DNA of 39,235 nt from Betaproteobacteria bacterium (GTDB lineage Bacteria > Pseudomonadota > Gammaproteobacteria > Burkholderiales > SG8-41), in assembly GCA_031427895.1 (NCBI GenBank), contig JANPOH010000388.1, forward strand, positions 1 to 39,235, in the 5' to 3' direction. Each line of letters begins with the position of its first letter. The first letter of the stretch is position 1. The position numbers and the translations under genes were made by a program. Shown here piece by piece: positions 21,990 to 34,456 of this stretch. The notes under the pieces were generated by a model. It was given only the letters and a program-made list of their open reading frames with translations. It did no database searches and was not told the origin of the DNA.

Positions 21990-22030
21990 TAATTTAGTTA
22001 TTAAAAACAAACAGTTAGGAAACTCTGCCT

Positions 22031-22750
22031 ATGTCGGACAAACCCCTCTACAAACGCATCCTGGTCAAACTGAGCGGCGAGGCGTTGATGGGTGAGGACA
22101 GCTACGGCATCAATCAGGATGTGATCGAACGCATCGTTGACGAAATCGGCGATGTGGCGAAGTTGGGCGTTGAAATCGCGGTGGTGATCGGCGGCGGCAA
22201 TATTTTTCGCGGCGTGGCGCCGGCGGCAGCGCATATGGATCGCGCCACCGCCGATTACATGGGCATGCTCGCTACGATCATGAACGCGCTCGCCTTGCAG
22301 GATGCGATGCGCCGCGCCAACCTTATCAGCCGCGTGCAGTCGGCCCTGAACGTGGAGCAGGTGGTTGAACCCTATATTCGGGGCAAGGCCATGCGCTACC
22401 TTGAAGAAGGCAAGATTGTGATTTTCGCGGCGGGCACGGGCAACCCCTTTTTCACTACCGATACCGCAGCGGCGTTGCGCGGCATGGAAATTAACGCCGA
22501 ACTGGTGCTCAAGGCGACCAAGGTGGACGGCGTGTACAGCGCCGACCCCAAAAAGGATGCCAGCGCGGTGCGTTACAAACAATTGTCGTTCGATGAAGCG
22601 ATCATCAAGAATCTGAAAGTGATGGATGCCACGGCGCTGACTTTGTGCCGCGATCAGAAAATGCCGATCAACGTTTTCAGTATTTTTGCACCGGGCGCCT
22701 TGAAGCGCGTGGTGATGGGCGAGGACGAAGGCACCATGGTGCATGTGTAA
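22031..22750 (+). CDS. pyrH: UMP kinase
   Basis: [31 protein letters not shown]. Confidence 0.99.
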   Translation: MSDKPLYKRILVKLSGEALMGEDSYGINQDVIERIVDEIGDVAKLGVEIAVVIGGGNIFRGVAPAAAHMDRATADYMGMLATIMNALALQDAMRRANLISRVQSALNVEQVVEPYIRGKAMRYLEEGKIVIFAAGTGNPFFTTDTAAALRGMEINAELVLKATKVDGVYSADPKKDASAVRYKQLSFDEAIIKNLKVMDATALTLCRDQKMPINVFSIFAPGALKRVVMGEDEGTMVHV

Positions 22751-22771
22751 CTCAGAGTTGCGGAGAAAATC

Positions 22772-23329
22772 ATGATTGCTGATATCAAAAGCACTACCGA
22801 GCAGAAAATGAAAAAGTCGCTCGATGTGCTGAAGACTGATCTTGCCAAAGTGCGCACGGGCCGGGCGCATCCCGGCATACTCGATCATGTGATGGTCGAT
22901 TACTACGGCACACCGACGGCGCTCCCCGGCGTGGCCAATGTCACGCTGATAGACGCGCGCACGATCGGCGTGACCCCCTGGGAAAAGAAAATGACCAGCG
23001 CCGTCGAGAAAGCCATTCGTGACGCGGATTTGGGGCTCAATCCCAGCACCACGGGCGACATCGTGCGCGTGCCGATGCCCTCGCTTACCGAAGAGCGCCG
23101 GCGTGACCTCACCAAGATCGTCAAGGGCGAAGGCGAAACCGCGAAAGTCGCGGTGCGTAATGTGCGTCGCGACGCCAATACGCAGCTTAAAGATCTGCTG
23201 AAGAAAAAATCCATCGCGGAAGACGACGAACGTCGCGCGCAGGAAGACGTCCAGAAGCTTACCGATCGTCACATCGCCGAGATCGACAAGGCGTTGCAGG
23301 TGAAGGAAGTAGAATTGATGGCGGTATAA
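22772..23329 (+). CDS. frr: Ribosome recycling factor
   Basis: [25 protein letters not shown]. Confidence 0.99.
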   Translation: MIADIKSTTEQKMKKSLDVLKTDLAKVRTGRAHPGILDHVMVDYYGTPTALPGVANVTLIDARTIGVTPWEKKMTSAVEKAIRDADLGLNPSTTGDIVRVPMPSLTEERRRDLTKIVKGEGETAKVAVRNVRRDANTQLKDLLKKKSIAEDDERRAQEDVQKLTDRHIAEIDKALQVKEVELMAV

Positions 23330-23334
23330 GCGCC

Positions 23335-24117
23335 GTGGCGCCCATGCACAGTTCCACGCAGGTGGTGCCGGAAGCGCGGCGCATACCGCGCCATATCGCC
23401 ATCATCATGGATGGCAACGGACGCTGGGCAAAGCAACGGTTTTTGCCGCGTATCGCTGGCCACAAGCGCGGTGTGGAGGCGGTACGCAGCGCGGTACGCA
23501 CGTGCGGCGAACGCGGGGTGGAATATCTGACGTTGTTTGCGTTCAGCAGCGAGAATTGGCGGCGGCCCGCCGAGGAAGTGAAATTCCTCATGCAGCTTTT
23601 TGTCCAGGCGCTGGAAAACGAAGTGGCCAAACTGCATCAGAACAATATTCGCTTTCGCGTGATCGGCGATCTGAGCCGGTTCGATCGGCAGATTATTGAC
23701 CTGATTCAGGCGTCAGAAGAAAAAACGAAAAATAATCAAGGTCTTACGTTGACCGTCGCGGCCAATTATGGCGGTCGCTGGGACGTGATGCAGGCGATCA
23801 ATCGCCTGGTGCGTGACGAACCGTCTAAGGCCGGAAGCTACACCGAGAGCGACCTCACCCCATATCTTGCGATGGGGGACGCGCCCGAACCTGATTTGTT
23901 CATACGCACCGGCGGCGAACAACGCATCAGCAATTTTCTGTTGTGGCAATTGGCGTATACCGAGCTTTATTTCACGGATCTGCTGTGGCCGGCATTTGAT
24001 GCGGTAGCCATGGATGCCGCGATTGCGTCGTACCAGCAGCGTGAGCGCCGTTTCGGCCGCACGGGCGATCAAGTGCAGGCGGCTGCGACGCCGCGGCAGC
24101 GCGTGTCGGGTGTTTGA
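23335..24117 (+). CDS. uppS: Undecaprenyl diphosphate synthase
   Basis: [44 protein letters not shown]. Start may be ATG 23344. Confidence 0.97.
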   Translation: MAPMHSSTQVVPEARRIPRHIAIIMDGNGRWAKQRFLPRIAGHKRGVEAVRSAVRTCGERGVEYLTLFAFSSENWRRPAEEVKFLMQLFVQALENEVAKLHQNNIRFRVIGDLSRFDRQIIDLIQASEEKTKNNQGLTLTVAANYGGRWDVMQAINRLVRDEPSKAGSYTESDLTPYLAMGDAPEPDLFIRTGGEQRISNFLLWQLAYTELYFTDLLWPAFDAVAMDAAIASYQQRERRFGRTGDQVQAAATPRQRVSGV

Positions 24118-24144
24118 TTTGACTCTGTCGCCGGCACGCGGCGA

Positions 24145-24951
24145 ATGCTGAAAGCCCGTCTCGTTACCGCAATAGTGGCGTTGCCATTGTTTCTGGCATC
24201 GCTGTTTTATTTGCCGCGAATGGGTTGGGCGCTCTTTCTGATGCTGTGGGTGCTGATCGGCGCGTGGGAATGGGCCGCGCTGGGCAAATGGTCAGTCGCC
24301 GCGCGATTGTTTTATGTGGCGTTGGTTGCTGCGCTGGGGGGGGTGATATGGTTGAGCGTGGTGACGCCCGCGTACGCGCGCGGGGCCATGCTGCTATATG
24401 CTGTTGCGCTGGTATTTTGGCTGGTAATCGTGCCGCCTTGGCTTGCAAACGGTTGGCGCATCCTGAACCCGTTGTTGTTTGCGTTGACGGGGCTGATTCT
24501 TCTGCTGCCGTTGTGGCTGGCGCTGGTGCAGCTTCAGGCCAAGCCCGGCGTGCTGCTGACATTGATGATCACGATCTGGGTTTCCGATACTGCCGCGTAT
24601 TTTTGCGGCAAGCGCTGGGGGCGGCGCAAGCTCGCGCCCGCCGTCAGCCCCGGCAAGACGTGGGAAGGCGTGGCCGGTGCGCTGGCCGGCGTCACGTTGT
24701 ATTATGTTCTTGTCAGCGTGGGGTTTCCCACCGGACATGCGGTGCTGACGGGTGCGGCCGGGCTCGCGGTGTTTCTGGCATTGACCATTTTAGGCATAGA
24801 GGGCGATTTGTTTGAATCCTGGATCAAGCGTACTGCGGACGTGAAAGACAGCGGAACGGTCTTGCCCGGACACGGCGGTATTCTGGACCGCGTGGATGCA
24901 CTGACCTCCAGCATGCCGGCGGCGGCGCTTATCCTTGCGTGGTTCGCCTGA
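24145..24951 (+). CDS. cdsA: Phosphatidate cytidylyltransferase
   Basis: Hydrophobic. [18 protein letters not shown]...[16 protein letters not shown]. Confidence 0.97.
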   Translation: MLKARLVTAIVALPLFLASLFYLPRMGWALFLMLWVLIGAWEWAALGKWSVAARLFYVALVAALGGVIWLSVVTPAYARGAMLLYAVALVFWLVIVPPWLANGWRILNPLLFALTGLILLLPLWLALVQLQAKPGVLLTLMITIWVSDTAAYFCGKRWGRRKLAPAVSPGKTWEGVAGALAGVTLYYVLVSVGFPTGHAVLTGAAGLAVFLALTILGIEGDLFESWIKRTADVKDSGTVLPGHGGILDRVDALTSSMPAAALILAWFA

Positions 24952-26189
24952 TGCAGGATACCGCCGCCGTGCAGTGCTTGACCATTCTGGGGTCCACGGG
25001 AAGCATCGGTGTCAGCACGCTGGACGTGGTGTCGCGGCATCCGCAACGATTCCGCGTGGCGGCGCTCACCGCGCACTCGCGCATCGACTTGTTGCTGGCG
25101 CAATGCAAACGTTTCAAACCCGATTTTGCGGTGGTGGTGGACGCCGGCGCCGCGCGTGAATTTGAACAGCAGGTGATCGAGGCAGGCTTGCCGACGCGCG
25201 TGTTGGGTGGCGTGAAAGCGCTTGAGCAGGTAGCCGGCCTCGCGCACGTGGATACGGTGATGGCCGCCATTGTCGGCATCGCGGGCCTGCGCCCGACGCT
25301 GGCCGCTGCCGCCAGCGGCAAAAAACTGTTGCTGGCGAATAAAGAATCTCTGGTCACGGCGGGCGCTTTGTTCATGGAGTGCGTGCGTGCGGGTGGCGCG
25401 TGCTTGTTGCCGATTGATAGCGAACATAATGCCGTGTTTCAGTCGCTGCCCCGTGATTACGCCGGCGATCTCGATGCGTCCGGCGTGCGCCGCATCCTGC
25501 TCACGGCCTCTGGCGGGCCATTTCGTACCACGCCGCTGAATCAGTTGACTCAGGTCACGCCCGCGCAAGCCTGCGCGCATCCGAACTGGGTCATGGGTCG
25601 CAAAATTTCCGTGGATTCCGCGACCATGATGAACAAGGGCCTTGAAGTGATCGAGGCGCATTGGTTATTCAACGCGCCGCCGGATCGCATCGAGGTGGTG
25701 ATACATCCCGAAAGCATTGTGCATTCCCTGGTCGAATACGTCGATGGATCGGTACTGGCGCAGTTGGGCAACCCCGACATGCGCACCCCGATCGCGCACG
25801 CGCTGGCCTATCCCGAGCGCATCGCCAACGGCGTTAGTTTTCTGGACCTGACGGGGACAGGCGGGCTGCATTTTGAAAAACCCGATGTACAACGCTTTCC
25901 GTGCCTCGCGCTCGCCTTCGCGGCGTTGCACGATGGCAACGGCGCGGCCACGGTGGTGAATGCGGCAAACGAAGTCGCCGTGGCACGTTTTCTCGCGGGC
26001 GATCTGGGTTTCATGGATATCCCGCGACTGATTGAAAAAGTGCTCGCGACTACCCATGCGAGCGCCACGCGCACGCTGGAGGATGTGTTGGCGCTGGATC
26101 ATGCCGCGCGCGAACGGGCACAACAGTGGTCGGCGTCGATGCAACACGCGGCGTATCCGGGAACACTGCTCGCCGGTGTGCGGCCTTGA
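24951..26189 (+). CDS. dxr: 1-deoxy-D-xylulose-5-phosphate reductoisomerase
   Basis: [48 protein letters not shown] overlaps the cdsA TGA. Confidence 0.98.
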   Translation: MQDTAAVQCLTILGSTGSIGVSTLDVVSRHPQRFRVAALTAHSRIDLLLAQCKRFKPDFAVVVDAGAAREFEQQVIEAGLPTRVLGGVKALEQVAGLAHVDTVMAAIVGIAGLRPTLAAAASGKKLLLANKESLVTAGALFMECVRAGGACLLPIDSEHNAVFQSLPRDYAGDLDASGVRRILLTASGGPFRTTPLNQLTQVTPAQACAHPNWVMGRKISVDSATMMNKGLEVIEAHWLFNAPPDRIEVVIHPESIVHSLVEYVDGSVLAQLGNPDMRTPIAHALAYPERIANGVSFLDLTGTGGLHFEKPDVQRFPCLALAFAALHDGNGAATVVNAANEVAVARFLAGDLGFMDIPRLIEKVLATTHASATRTLEDVLALDHAARERAQQWSASMQHAAYPGTLLAGVRP

Positions 26190-26196
26190 CAGCCTC

Positions 26197-27570
26197 ATGA
26201 CGACATTCCTTTTCTACGCGGCGGCTTTTTTGGTGGCGTTGGGCCCACTGGTGGTGATCCATGAGCTGGGGCACTATTGGGTCGCGCGCCTGTGCGGCGT
26301 GAAGGTGCTGCGATTCTCTATCGGCTTTGGCAAGCCGCTGAGTAAGTGGGTGCGCGGGGCGGATCGCACCGAGTGGGTGCTGGCGGCGATTCCGCTCGGC
26401 GGCTATGTCAAGATGCTCGATGAGCGCGAAGGCGCCGTGGCGCCGGAGGAGCTGCCGCGGGCGTTCAACCGCAAGAATGTGTGGCAACGCATCGCTATCG
26501 TGATCGCCGGCCCGCTGGCGAATCTATTGATGGCGATTGTGTTGTACTGGGCCTTGTTCATGCACGGCGTGCCCGGCACCCGCCCCGTGGTGGGCGCGCC
26601 GGTGCAGGGTTCGGCGGCGGCCGGCGCGGGGTTTCAGGCGGGCGATGTGATTCTCAGCGTGGACGGGGAGGCCGTGCCTACCTGGCAGGAGGCGCGGTGG
26701 GAATTGTTAAAGCACGCCGTGCGTAGAGGCAGCGTTGAGGTGCGGGTCACCACGGATGATGGCAGTACGGCCTCGCGCAAGCTCGACATGCAGGCGCTGA
26801 CCGCGAACGATCTCGACGGTGATTTCATACGCATCCTGGGGTTGTCACGATTTCAGCCACGCGGCGCTCCAGTCATTGCCAGCCTTGCGCCAGGCGGGGC
26901 GGCGGCGCGTGCGGAACTGAAAGCGGGTGACGAAATTACGGCGATCAACAATACGCGCGTGGAGTCGCCCGACGAGGCTACCCGCATTATTCGCGAACAT
27001 CCGGCGCAGGCGATCATTATCGAGGTGCGGCGAAACGGCGCCATCCTTTCGCCGCTGCAGGTGACGCCGGATAAAATCACGGAGGCCGATGGCCGTGTCA
27101 TCGGACGCATTGGCGCCGGGCTGCAGCCGGCTTGGCAGTCCTATGAAAAGTATCGTGTGAACATCCGCTACGGACCGGTGGATAGCCTTGGCAAAGCCGT
27201 GTTAAAGACCTGGGACACTGCGATCTTCAGCCTCAAGATGCTGGGCAAAATGGTGGTAGGAGAAGTGTCGCTGAAAAACCTGAGCGGCCCCATCACCATC
27301 GCGGACTATGCCGGTCAATCCGCCAAAATGGGGTGGATACCCTATATCACCTTTTTGGCGCTGATTAGTATTAGCCTGGGCGTACTGAACCTGCTGCCGA
27401 TCCCCTTATTGGATGGGGGCCATTTGTTGTATTATATCGTCGAGATTTTAAAAGGTTCGCCGGTGTCGGAATTCGCCATGGAAATGGGCCAGCGGGTGGG
27501 GATGGCATTGTTGTTGCTCATGATGGCATTTGCGATTTATAACGATCTTAATCGACTGATAAGCGGCTAG
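26197..27570 (+). CDS. rseP: RIP metalloprotease RseP
   Basis: HELGH, two PDZ domains, NLLPIPLLDGGH. ATG at 26197. Confidence 0.97.
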   Translation: MTTFLFYAAAFLVALGPLVVIHELGHYWVARLCGVKVLRFSIGFGKPLSKWVRGADRTEWVLAAIPLGGYVKMLDEREGAVAPEELPRAFNRKNVWQRIAIVIAGPLANLLMAIVLYWALFMHGVPGTRPVVGAPVQGSAAAGAGFQAGDVILSVDGEAVPTWQEARWELLKHAVRRGSVEVRVTTDDGSTASRKLDMQALTANDLDGDFIRILGLSRFQPRGAPVIASLAPGGAAARAELKAGDEITAINNTRVESPDEATRIIREHPAQAIIIEVRRNGAILSPLQVTPDKITEADGRVIGRIGAGLQPAWQSYEKYRVNIRYGPVDSLGKAVLKTWDTAIFSLKMLGKMVVGEVSLKNLSGPITIADYAGQSAKMGWIPYITFLALISISLGVLNLLPIPLLDGGHLLYYIVEILKGSPVSEFAMEMGQRVGMALLLLMMAFAIYNDLNRLISG

Positions 27571-27573
27571 TTC

Positions 27574-29850
27574 ATGGCATTGAATCCTCGTTCCTGGTTT
27601 ATTCTCCCTGCTGCCATATATGCTTCCGCGGCAATGGCAATTGACCCCTTCGTCATCAAAGACATACGGGTTGAAGGCATACAGCGCACGGAAGCCGGCA
27701 CGGTGTTCAGTTATCTCCCGGTAAAAGTTGGCGACACCATGGACGACGAAAAAGCGGCGCAGGCGATACGCGCGCTTTTCGCGACTGGATTTTTTCGCGA
27801 TGTAACCTTGGAGGTTGAAGGCGCAACGCTCGTGGTGGTGGTGCAGGAGCGGCCCTCCATCGCGCAAATCGAATTTACCGGACTCAAGGAATTCAACAAA
27901 GATGCTTTGCTGAAAGGCATCCGGCAAATGGGTCTGGCGGAAGGGCGCATATTCGACAAAGGAATGGTTGATCGCGCTGAACAGGAATTGAAGCGGCAGT
28001 ATCTTTCGCGCGGCAAGTATGCCGCCGAAGTCAACACCACCATCACGCCGCTGGAGCGGAACCGGGTTTCGATCAATTTCAGCGTGGTCGAAGGCGAGTC
28101 ATCGAAGATCCGCCAGATATCGATCATCGGCGCCAAGGCTTTTTCGGAGAAGCAGCTTACCGGTCTTTTCTACCTGCGCGAACCCGGCATGATGACGTGG
28201 TTCAGCAAGCAGGATCAATATTCGCGCCAAAAGCTTTCCGCGGATCTGGAGGTGTTGCGCTCGCATTATCAGGATCGCGGCTACCTCGAATTCAATATTG
28301 ATTCCACACAAGTGTCGATTACGCCCGACAAGAAAGAAATCTACATCACGGTGAGTATCACCGAAGGCGAAAAGTATACCGTCTCTGATATTAAGATCGG
28401 GGGGCAATTGCTGATTCCCGAAGACGAGATTCGCAAGCTTATCGCGATCAAGCCGGGCGACGTGTTCTCCCGCGTCCGGCTGACGGAATCGACCAAGAAA
28501 ATCAACGACAGGCTGGGTAATGATGGTTACGCCTTCGCCAACGTCAATGCCGCGCCTGAGTTAAACAAGGAAAAGAAAGAAGCCGCGTTCACCTTTTTCA
28601 TCGATCCGGGCCGCCGTGTGTATGTGCGGCGTATCAACGTGGCGGGCAACACCCGCACCCGTGACGAGGTGATCCGCCGGGAAATGCGGCAAGTGGAAGG
28701 CGCATGGTATTCGGGCGACAAAATCAACACGTCGCGGCAGCGCGTCGACCGGCTCGGTTACTTCAATGAAGTCAATCTCGAAACCCCGGCGGTGCAGGGC
28801 ACCACGGATCAAGTGGACGTCAACGTGACCGTGGTTGAAAAGCCAACCGGCAACGTCCTGCTGGGCGCGGGCTTCGGCAGCGGCACCGGGCTGACGTTAT
28901 CAAGCTCTATTTCGCAAAACAATATTTTCGGGTCTGGGAAACATGTGTCGGCCGGCGTCAATTCGGCCAAGATCAACACCCAGTACTCTTTTTCCTATAC
29001 CGACCCCTACTTCACTGTCGATGGAATCAGTATTGGTTATGACCTTTCTCATCGAAAGGTGGACGCAGCCAGCAGCGGCCTTGGTCAATACGAAACGAAA
29101 ACCACGACGCTGGGGGTGCGCTTTGGCGTGCCTATCACGGAGACCGATACGATTTCCTACGGTCTGGGCTTCGAAGACACCAGTATTACGACGTTTGCAG
29201 GCAGCTCCCTGTTTTATACCGATTACGTTAATACCTTCGGTTCGAAGAACCAGGCTTTTGTGATGAATGTCGGGTGGGCGCGGGATAACAGGGATTCGCT
29301 TATTTATCCTACGACCGGCACGCTCCATCGTGCCTTTGCGGAAGGCGGCTTGCCGGGCGGCACGCTGCGTTATTACCGTGCCTCATACCAATATCAGCGC
29401 TATTTTCCGCTAACACGGGATTACACACTGATGCTGAATGCCGAGGCAGGATACGGCGATGGTTATGGTGGAAAGCCGCTGCCATTCTTCAAGAATTTTT
29501 TTGCGGGTGGCGTGAACTCTCTGCGCGGCTATAAATTGAATACCGTGGCGCCGCGAGATGGCAATGATGACCCCCGCGGCGGCAATCGAAAAGTGTTAGG
29601 CAATGCCGAATTTTTATTCCCATTTCCCGGTCTGTCGAACGACCGCTCGGTCAGGCTCAGTGCATTCTTCGATGCCGGCATGGTGACCGACAACAAGTAT
29701 GATTTTGGTGAACTTCGTTACTCCACTGGGTTGTCCGTCACGTGGATATCTCCGTTCGGCCCGCTGAAAATCAGTGGAGCGGCCCCGTTGTCAAATAAAC
29801 CGAACGACCGCAAGCAAGCCTTCCAGTTCACGTTTGGCGGCGCGTTCTAA
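27574..29850 (+). CDS. bamA: Outer membrane protein assembly factor BamA
   Basis: Signal peptide, POTRA repeats (DIRVEGIQR, GNTRTRDEVIRRE), LRGY motif, C-terminal F. Confidence 0.98.
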   Translation: MALNPRSWFILPAAIYASAAMAIDPFVIKDIRVEGIQRTEAGTVFSYLPVKVGDTMDDEKAAQAIRALFATGFFRDVTLEVEGATLVVVVQERPSIAQIEFTGLKEFNKDALLKGIRQMGLAEGRIFDKGMVDRAEQELKRQYLSRGKYAAEVNTTITPLERNRVSINFSVVEGESSKIRQISIIGAKAFSEKQLTGLFYLREPGMMTWFSKQDQYSRQKLSADLEVLRSHYQDRGYLEFNIDSTQVSITPDKKEIYITVSITEGEKYTVSDIKIGGQLLIPEDEIRKLIAIKPGDVFSRVRLTESTKKINDRLGNDGYAFANVNAAPELNKEKKEAAFTFFIDPGRRVYVRRINVAGNTRTRDEVIRREMRQVEGAWYSGDKINTSRQRVDRLGYFNEVNLETPAVQGTTDQVDVNVTVVEKPTGNVLLGAGFGSGTGLTLSSSISQNNIFGSGKHVSAGVNSAKINTQYSFSYTDPYFTVDGISIGYDLSHRKVDAASSGLGQYETKTTTLGVRFGVPITETDTISYGLGFEDTSITTFAGSSLFYTDYVNTFGSKNQAFVMNVGWARDNRDSLIYPTTGTLHRAFAEGGLPGGTLRYYRASYQYQRYFPLTRDYTLMLNAEAGYGDGYGGKPLPFFKNFFAGGVNSLRGYKLNTVAPRDGNDDPRGGNRKVLGNAEFLFPFPGLSNDRSVRLSAFFDAGMVTDNKYDFGELRYSTGLSVTWISPFGPLKISGAAPLSNKPNDRKQAFQFTFGGAF

Positions 29851-29867
29851 CGAAGGTTGATCAAAGA

Positions 29868-30389
29868 ATGATTTCGATGAGAATGAGTAGCAGGCTGTGC
29901 GCGGTGGCGTTGGTTTCTGCGGGTTTGTTTGTCGCGGTGCATGCGAATGCAGCCAATATGAAAATAGGCTTTATCGATGCCGAGCGCGTGAACCGTGAAT
30001 CCGCGCCGGCCGATCTGGCCAGCAAACGGCTGGAAAAGGAATTCCAGCCTCGTGTTCAGGAACTGCAGCGCCTGGAAGGGCAGGTGAAGGCGGCGCAGGG
30101 GCAGTTGGAGAAAGATGCACTGACTCTGGGTGAAGCCGAGCGGCGCCGACGCGAGCAGGATTTATCGCGCCAGATAGTTGATTTGCAGCGTAAGCAGCGT
30201 GAGTACACGGAAGACCTTAACTTGCGCCGCAATCAGGAATTGGCGGGCCTGCTGGAGCGTGCCAATAAAATTATCCGGCAGATTGCCGAATCCGAAAAGT
30301 ATGATCTGATCCTGCAGGAGGCGGTATACCGCAGTCCTCGCGTGGACATTACCGACCGCGTGCTCAAGGCGCTGGCTGACGGGAAATAG
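29868..30389 (+). CDS. skp: Periplasmic chaperone Skp/OmpH
   Basis: Signal peptide, KIGFID, coiled coil, YDLIL...DITDRVL. Start codon uncertain. Confidence 0.93.
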   Translation: MISMRMSSRLCAVALVSAGLFVAVHANAANMKIGFIDAERVNRESAPADLASKRLEKEFQPRVQELQRLEGQVKAAQGQLEKDALTLGEAERRRREQDLSRQIVDLQRKQREYTEDLNLRRNQELAGLLERANKIIRQIAESEKYDLILQEAVYRSPRVDITDRVLKALADGK

Positions 30390-30436
30390 CCGGCGATTCC
30401 CGCATTTTCACCGCACCCTCCAAGCCATCATGCGTC

Positions 30437-31489
30437 ATGACCAGAAGTAGCCGCGGCGAGTTTAGCCTGGGTGAATTGGTGCAACTGCTGGGCGGGGAAG
30501 TCGCGGGCGACTCTGCGGTCAAAGTATGGCGGGTGGGCACCCTGGAAAATGCGCCTGCGGATGCGATTACGTTTGTTACCCATGATCGATTCCTGAACCA
30601 ATTGCCGCTTACGCGGGCGGCAGCCGTCATTCTGGCGCCTGCACACCAGGAATCCACGGCGCTGCCGCGCATCGTATGCGGCAATCCGTATGCGTATTTC
30701 GCGCGTGTTTCCGCGTTGCTGAATCCCGTTACACCGGTCGCGCTTGGGGTGCATCCCAATGCCGTGGTGCCCGCGTCGGCTTCGCTCGGCGCCGGCGTCA
30801 GCATTGGCCCCAGCGCGGTACTGGGTGAAAATGTCACCCTCGGCGACGGGGTGGTCATTGGCGCGCATTGCGCTGTCGGTGATGGCGCGAACGTGGGCGC
30901 CCATACACGGCTTTTTCCGAATGTCACGATTTATCACGACTGCCGGATCGGCGCGCGCTGCATTATTCATGCGGGTGTGGTGATTGGCGCGGATGGTTTC
31001 GGCATCGCCCCCGACAACGGGGCGTGGGTTAAAGTGCCGCAAGTAGGGCGGGTGTTAATCGGCGACGACGTTGAGGTCGGTGCGAACACCACCATCGACC
31101 GCGGCGCCATCGATGACACGATTATCGAGGATGGCGTGAAGCTCGACAATCTGATTCAGATCGCGCACAACGTGCATATCGGCGCGCATACGGCGATTGC
31201 CGCTTGCACCGGTATCGCGGGCAGTGTGCATATCGGGCGCCGTTGCCAGATTGCCGGTGCGGTGGGCATCGCGGGGCATTTATCGATTGCGGATGATGTT
31301 TATGTCACCGCCAAGACCCTGATTACGAAGTCAATTACAGCGCCTGGCACCTACAGCGGCGGTTACCCGTTTGAATCCAATCAAACGTGGCGCCGCAACG
31401 CGGTGCAGATACGGCATCTGGACGCGCTTGCAAAAACGGTGAAGCAACTCGAAAAACGCCTCGCCGACATGGAAGGAAAACTCTCTTGA
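30437..31489 (+). CDS. lpxD: UDP-3-O-(3-hydroxyacyl)glucosamine N-acyltransferase
   Basis: NPYAYFA, hexapeptide repeats, [26 protein letters not shown]. Confidence 0.98.
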   Translation: MTRSSRGEFSLGELVQLLGGEVAGDSAVKVWRVGTLENAPADAITFVTHDRFLNQLPLTRAAAVILAPAHQESTALPRIVCGNPYAYFARVSALLNPVTPVALGVHPNAVVPASASLGAGVSIGPSAVLGENVTLGDGVVIGAHCAVGDGANVGAHTRLFPNVTIYHDCRIGARCIIHAGVVIGADGFGIAPDNGAWVKVPQVGRVLIGDDVEVGANTTIDRGAIDDTIIEDGVKLDNLIQIAHNVHIGAHTAIAACTGIAGSVHIGRRCQIAGAVGIAGHLSIADDVYVTAKTLITKSITAPGTYSGGYPFESNQTWRRNAVQIRHLDALAKTVKQLEKRLADMEGKLS

Positions 31490-31494
31490 ACACG

Positions 31495-31935
31495 ATGAAC
31501 ATCCACAAGGTGCTCGAGTATTTGCCGCACCGCTATCCCTTTTTGTTGATAGACAGGGTGTTGTCCTATGAGGCCGGCAAGGAAATACGCGCGCTCAAAA
31601 ATGTCACCATCAATGAGCCGTTCTTCAATGGGCATTTCCCGCACCATCCGGTGATGCCCGGCGTGTTGATTATCGAGGCGATGGCGCAGGCGGCGGCATT
31701 GCTGTCGTTCGTTACCATGAACGCGAAGGCCGACGACAAATCCGTTTATTATTTTGTCGGCATCGACAATGCCCGCTTCAAAAAGCCGGTGACCGCGGGC
31801 GATGCACTGATATTGCATGTGACACTGGTGCGGCATATGCGCGGCGTGTGGAAGTTCAAGGCTGCCGCGCACGTAGATGATGTGCTGGCCGCCGAGGCCG
31901 AGTTATTGTGCGCCGTGCGAGATATTGAAAAATAA
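31495..31935 (+). CDS. fabZ: 3-hydroxyacyl-ACP dehydratase
   Basis: [35 protein letters not shown]. Alternative TTG start at 31486. Confidence 0.98.
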   Translation: MNIHKVLEYLPHRYPFLLIDRVLSYEAGKEIRALKNVTINEPFFNGHFPHHPVMPGVLIIEAMAQAAALLSFVTMNAKADDKSVYYFVGIDNARFKKPVTAGDALILHVTLVRHMRGVWKFKAAAHVDDVLAAEAELLCAVRDIEK

Positions 31936-31946
31936 AAAGTGCCGTG

Positions 31947-32723
31947 ATGACGCGCATCCATCCCACCGCACTGGTTGACCCCGAGGCCCGGCTCGCCCCA
32001 GACGTTGAAGTCGGCGCGTACAGCATTATCGGCCCGCATGTCGAAATCGCCGCGGGGTCGCGCATCGGCCCGCACGCGGTCGTCACGGGGCATACGCGCA
32101 TCGGCGCGAACAACCGAATTTTTCAGTTTGTGTCGCTGGGCGAAATACCCCAGGACAAGAAATACGCGGACGAGCCGACACGTCTGGAGATCGGCGACAA
32201 CAACACCATCCGCGAGTTTTGCACCTTTAACCGCGGCACCGCGCAGGACGCGGGCGTCACGCGGGTGGGCAACGACAACTGGATCATGGCTTACGTGCAT
32301 CTGGCGCATGATTGTCAGATCGGCGACAACACCATATTCGCCAACAACGCGCAACTGGCGGGCCATGTGCATGTCGGTGACTATGCGATTCTGGGCGGCT
32401 TCACGGTGGTGCATCAATTTGTGCGTATCGGCGCGCACAGCATGACCGCGATGGGCACGATTGCGTTGCAGGATATTCCGCCTTTCGTGACCGCTTCCGG
32501 TAATCCGGCAGGGCCGTTCGGCATCAATTCCGAGGGCTTGAAGCGCCGCGGCTACAGCCCGGCGGCGCTGGTCGCCATCAAGCGCGCCTACAAGACCCTG
32601 TACAAGGCGGGCGACACCCTGGCACAGGCCCAAACGCATCTCGCTGAACAATTGCGCGATTGCGCCGAACTCCAGCCGCTGATTGATTTTTTGGCAGTTG
32701 CGGGCCGCGGCATTATTCGCTGA
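31947..32723 (+). CDS. lpxA: UDP-N-acetylglucosamine acyltransferase
   Basis: IHPTA, PQDKKY, IREF.T.NRGT, HLAHDC, LAGHV, VHQF. Confidence 0.98.
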   Translation: MTRIHPTALVDPEARLAPDVEVGAYSIIGPHVEIAAGSRIGPHAVVTGHTRIGANNRIFQFVSLGEIPQDKKYADEPTRLEIGDNNTIREFCTFNRGTAQDAGVTRVGNDNWIMAYVHLAHDCQIGDNTIFANNAQLAGHVHVGDYAILGGFTVVHQFVRIGAHSMTAMGTIALQDIPPFVTASGNPAGPFGINSEGLKRRGYSPAALVAIKRAYKTLYKAGDTLAQAQTHLAEQLRDCAELQPLIDFLAVAGRGIIR

Positions 32724-32729
32724 CGCCGC

Positions 32730-33875
32730 ATGAGCGCGCCTGTCATCGCGCTGGTCGCGGGCGAAGCCTCCGGTGATTTACTCGGCGCGCATTTGGTCGC
32801 CGCGCTCACGGCGCGCCGGCCTGACATTCAATTCACCGGTATCGCCGGGCCACGCATGATCGCCGCCGGCGTCAGCGCGTTGTTTCCCATGGAGAAGCTG
32901 GCGGTTCGCGGCTACGTCGAGGTACTCAAGCATTACCTTGAGATCGTCTCGATCCGGCGCCGCCTGAAACAGCATTTGCTGGCGCAACCGCCCGCAGTGT
33001 TCATCGGCATCGACGCACCGGATTTTAATCTCGATCTTGAACGCGCGCTGAAATCCGCCGGCATACCGGTGATTCACTACGTGAGCCCGTCGATCTGGGC
33101 GTGGCGCGGCGAGCGCATACACAAAATCAAGCAAGCGGTGGATCGCGTGCTCACGCTGTTTCCGTTTGAGAGTGAAATTTATAACAAGGCGGGCGTGGCG
33201 GTGAGTTACGTCGGGCATCCGCTGGCGGACATGCTGCACGGCTACGCCTCGATGCGCGAGGTGCGTGCGCGGCTGGCGCTGTCCGACGATGCGCCCGTGG
33301 TTGCCTTGCTGCCCGGCAGCCGCGTGAGCGAGCTGCAAAACATGGCGCACCTTTTCGTGGCCAGCGCGCGGCGCATCGCCGCCGCCGCGCCCGCGGTGAA
33401 ATTTGTCGTGCCACTGGTCAATCGTGAAACTCGCGCTATTTTCGAAAATGCACTCGCCAGCGCGGGTCACATCGACATGCTGATCCTGAATGGAAACGCC
33501 CACGACGCCATCGCCGCCGCCGATGTCGTGCTGGTCGCCTCGGGCACGGCCACGCTCGAAACCGCCTTGCTCCAGCGCCCGATGGTCATCACCTACCGCA
33601 TGCCGCGCCTGAGCTGGTGGATGATGAATCCGCGGCGCTATCAGCCTTATGTCGGGCTGCCCAATATCCTGGCGGGCGAATTCGTCGTGCCGGAATTTTT
33701 GCAGGACGCCGCCACGGCCGAGAACCTGGCGCAAGCCGTGCTCGATCTGCTGCACGACGCACCGCGCCGCGAACGCATACGCCGGCGCTTTGCGGACATG
33801 CTCACTGACTTGCGGCAAAACACCACGCAAAAAGCCGCCGACGCAGTGATGCCTTATCTGGACAAGCGGGTATGA
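32730..33875 (+). CDS. lpxB: Lipid-A-disaccharide synthase
   Basis: [41 protein letters not shown]. Confidence 0.98.
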   Translation: MSAPVIALVAGEASGDLLGAHLVAALTARRPDIQFTGIAGPRMIAAGVSALFPMEKLAVRGYVEVLKHYLEIVSIRRRLKQHLLAQPPAVFIGIDAPDFNLDLERALKSAGIPVIHYVSPSIWAWRGERIHKIKQAVDRVLTLFPFESEIYNKAGVAVSYVGHPLADMLHGYASMREVRARLALSDDAPVVALLPGSRVSELQNMAHLFVASARRIAAAAPAVKFVVPLVNRETRAIFENALASAGHIDMLILNGNAHDAIAAADVVLVASGTATLETALLQRPMVITYRMPRLSWWMMNPRRYQPYVGLPNILAGEFVVPEFLQDAATAENLAQAVLDLLHDAPRRERIRRRFADMLTDLRQNTTQKAADAVMPYLDKRV

Positions 33876-34453
33876 AAAAAACCAAACTCATCGCCGGCGT
33901 GGACGAAGCGGGCAGGGGGCCGTTGGCGGGGCCGGTGTATGCCGCCGCCGTGATACTTTCGCCCGCCGCGCCTATCGACGGCTTGGCCGATTCCAAAAAA
34001 TTGACCGCCAAAAAACGTGACGCGCTTTTCGACGTGATTCAGCGGCGTGCGCTGGCGTGGGCTATCGCCAGCGCCAGCGTCGAAGAAATCGACGACATCA
34101 ATATTTTGCAGGCGAGCCTGCTGGCGATGCGGCGTGCGGTGGAGGCGCTCGCGACGCAGCCGCACGAAATTCTGGTCGATGGTTTGCATTGTCCAGCGGT
34201 GAGCATGCCCGCGCGTGCCATCGTGAAGGGCGATGCAAAGGAGCCGGCCATTTCGGCCGCGTCGATCCTCGCCAAAGTCGCGCGGGATCGCGACATGCAG
34301 AAACTGCACGAACAGTTTCCGCACTACCGCTTTGATCTGCACAAAGGCTACGGCACGGCGGTTCACATGGCCGCCCTGCGCGTACAAGGCGTGTCGCCGG
34401 TGCATCGGAGAAGTTATGCGCCGGTTAGAGAATTATTGTTTAAAAACAAATAG
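33872..34453 (+). CDS. rnhB: Ribonuclease HII
   Basis: [22 protein letters not shown]...[22 protein letters not shown]. Confidence 0.98.
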   Translation: MKKTKLIAGVDEAGRGPLAGPVYAAAVILSPAAPIDGLADSKKLTAKKRDALFDVIQRRALAWAIASASVEEIDDINILQASLLAMRRAVEALATQPHEILVDGLHCPAVSMPARAIVKGDAKEPAISAASILAKVARDRDMQKLHEQFPHYRFDLHKGYGTAVHMAALRVQGVSPVHRRSYAPVRELLFKNK

Positions 34454-34456
34454 TTA
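34440..34456 (-). promoter_or_regulatory. IHF-like dispersed motif copy at the rnhB/senB junction
   Basis: Minus strand TAACTATTTGTTTTTAA spans both stop codons. Confidence 0.45.

Noticed and set aside
20283-22010. 575-aa minus-strand ORF spanning rpsB-tsf
   Set aside because: Antisense shadow of highly codon-biased genes in GC-rich DNA. No recognisable motif.
19939-22017. Apparent strand switch of the dispersed motif between 20 and 22 kb, suggesting a polar Ter/KOPS-like signal
   Set aside because: In-gene copies simply follow the host gene's strand, the weak smc copy breaks the pattern, and there are too few copies to support polarity.
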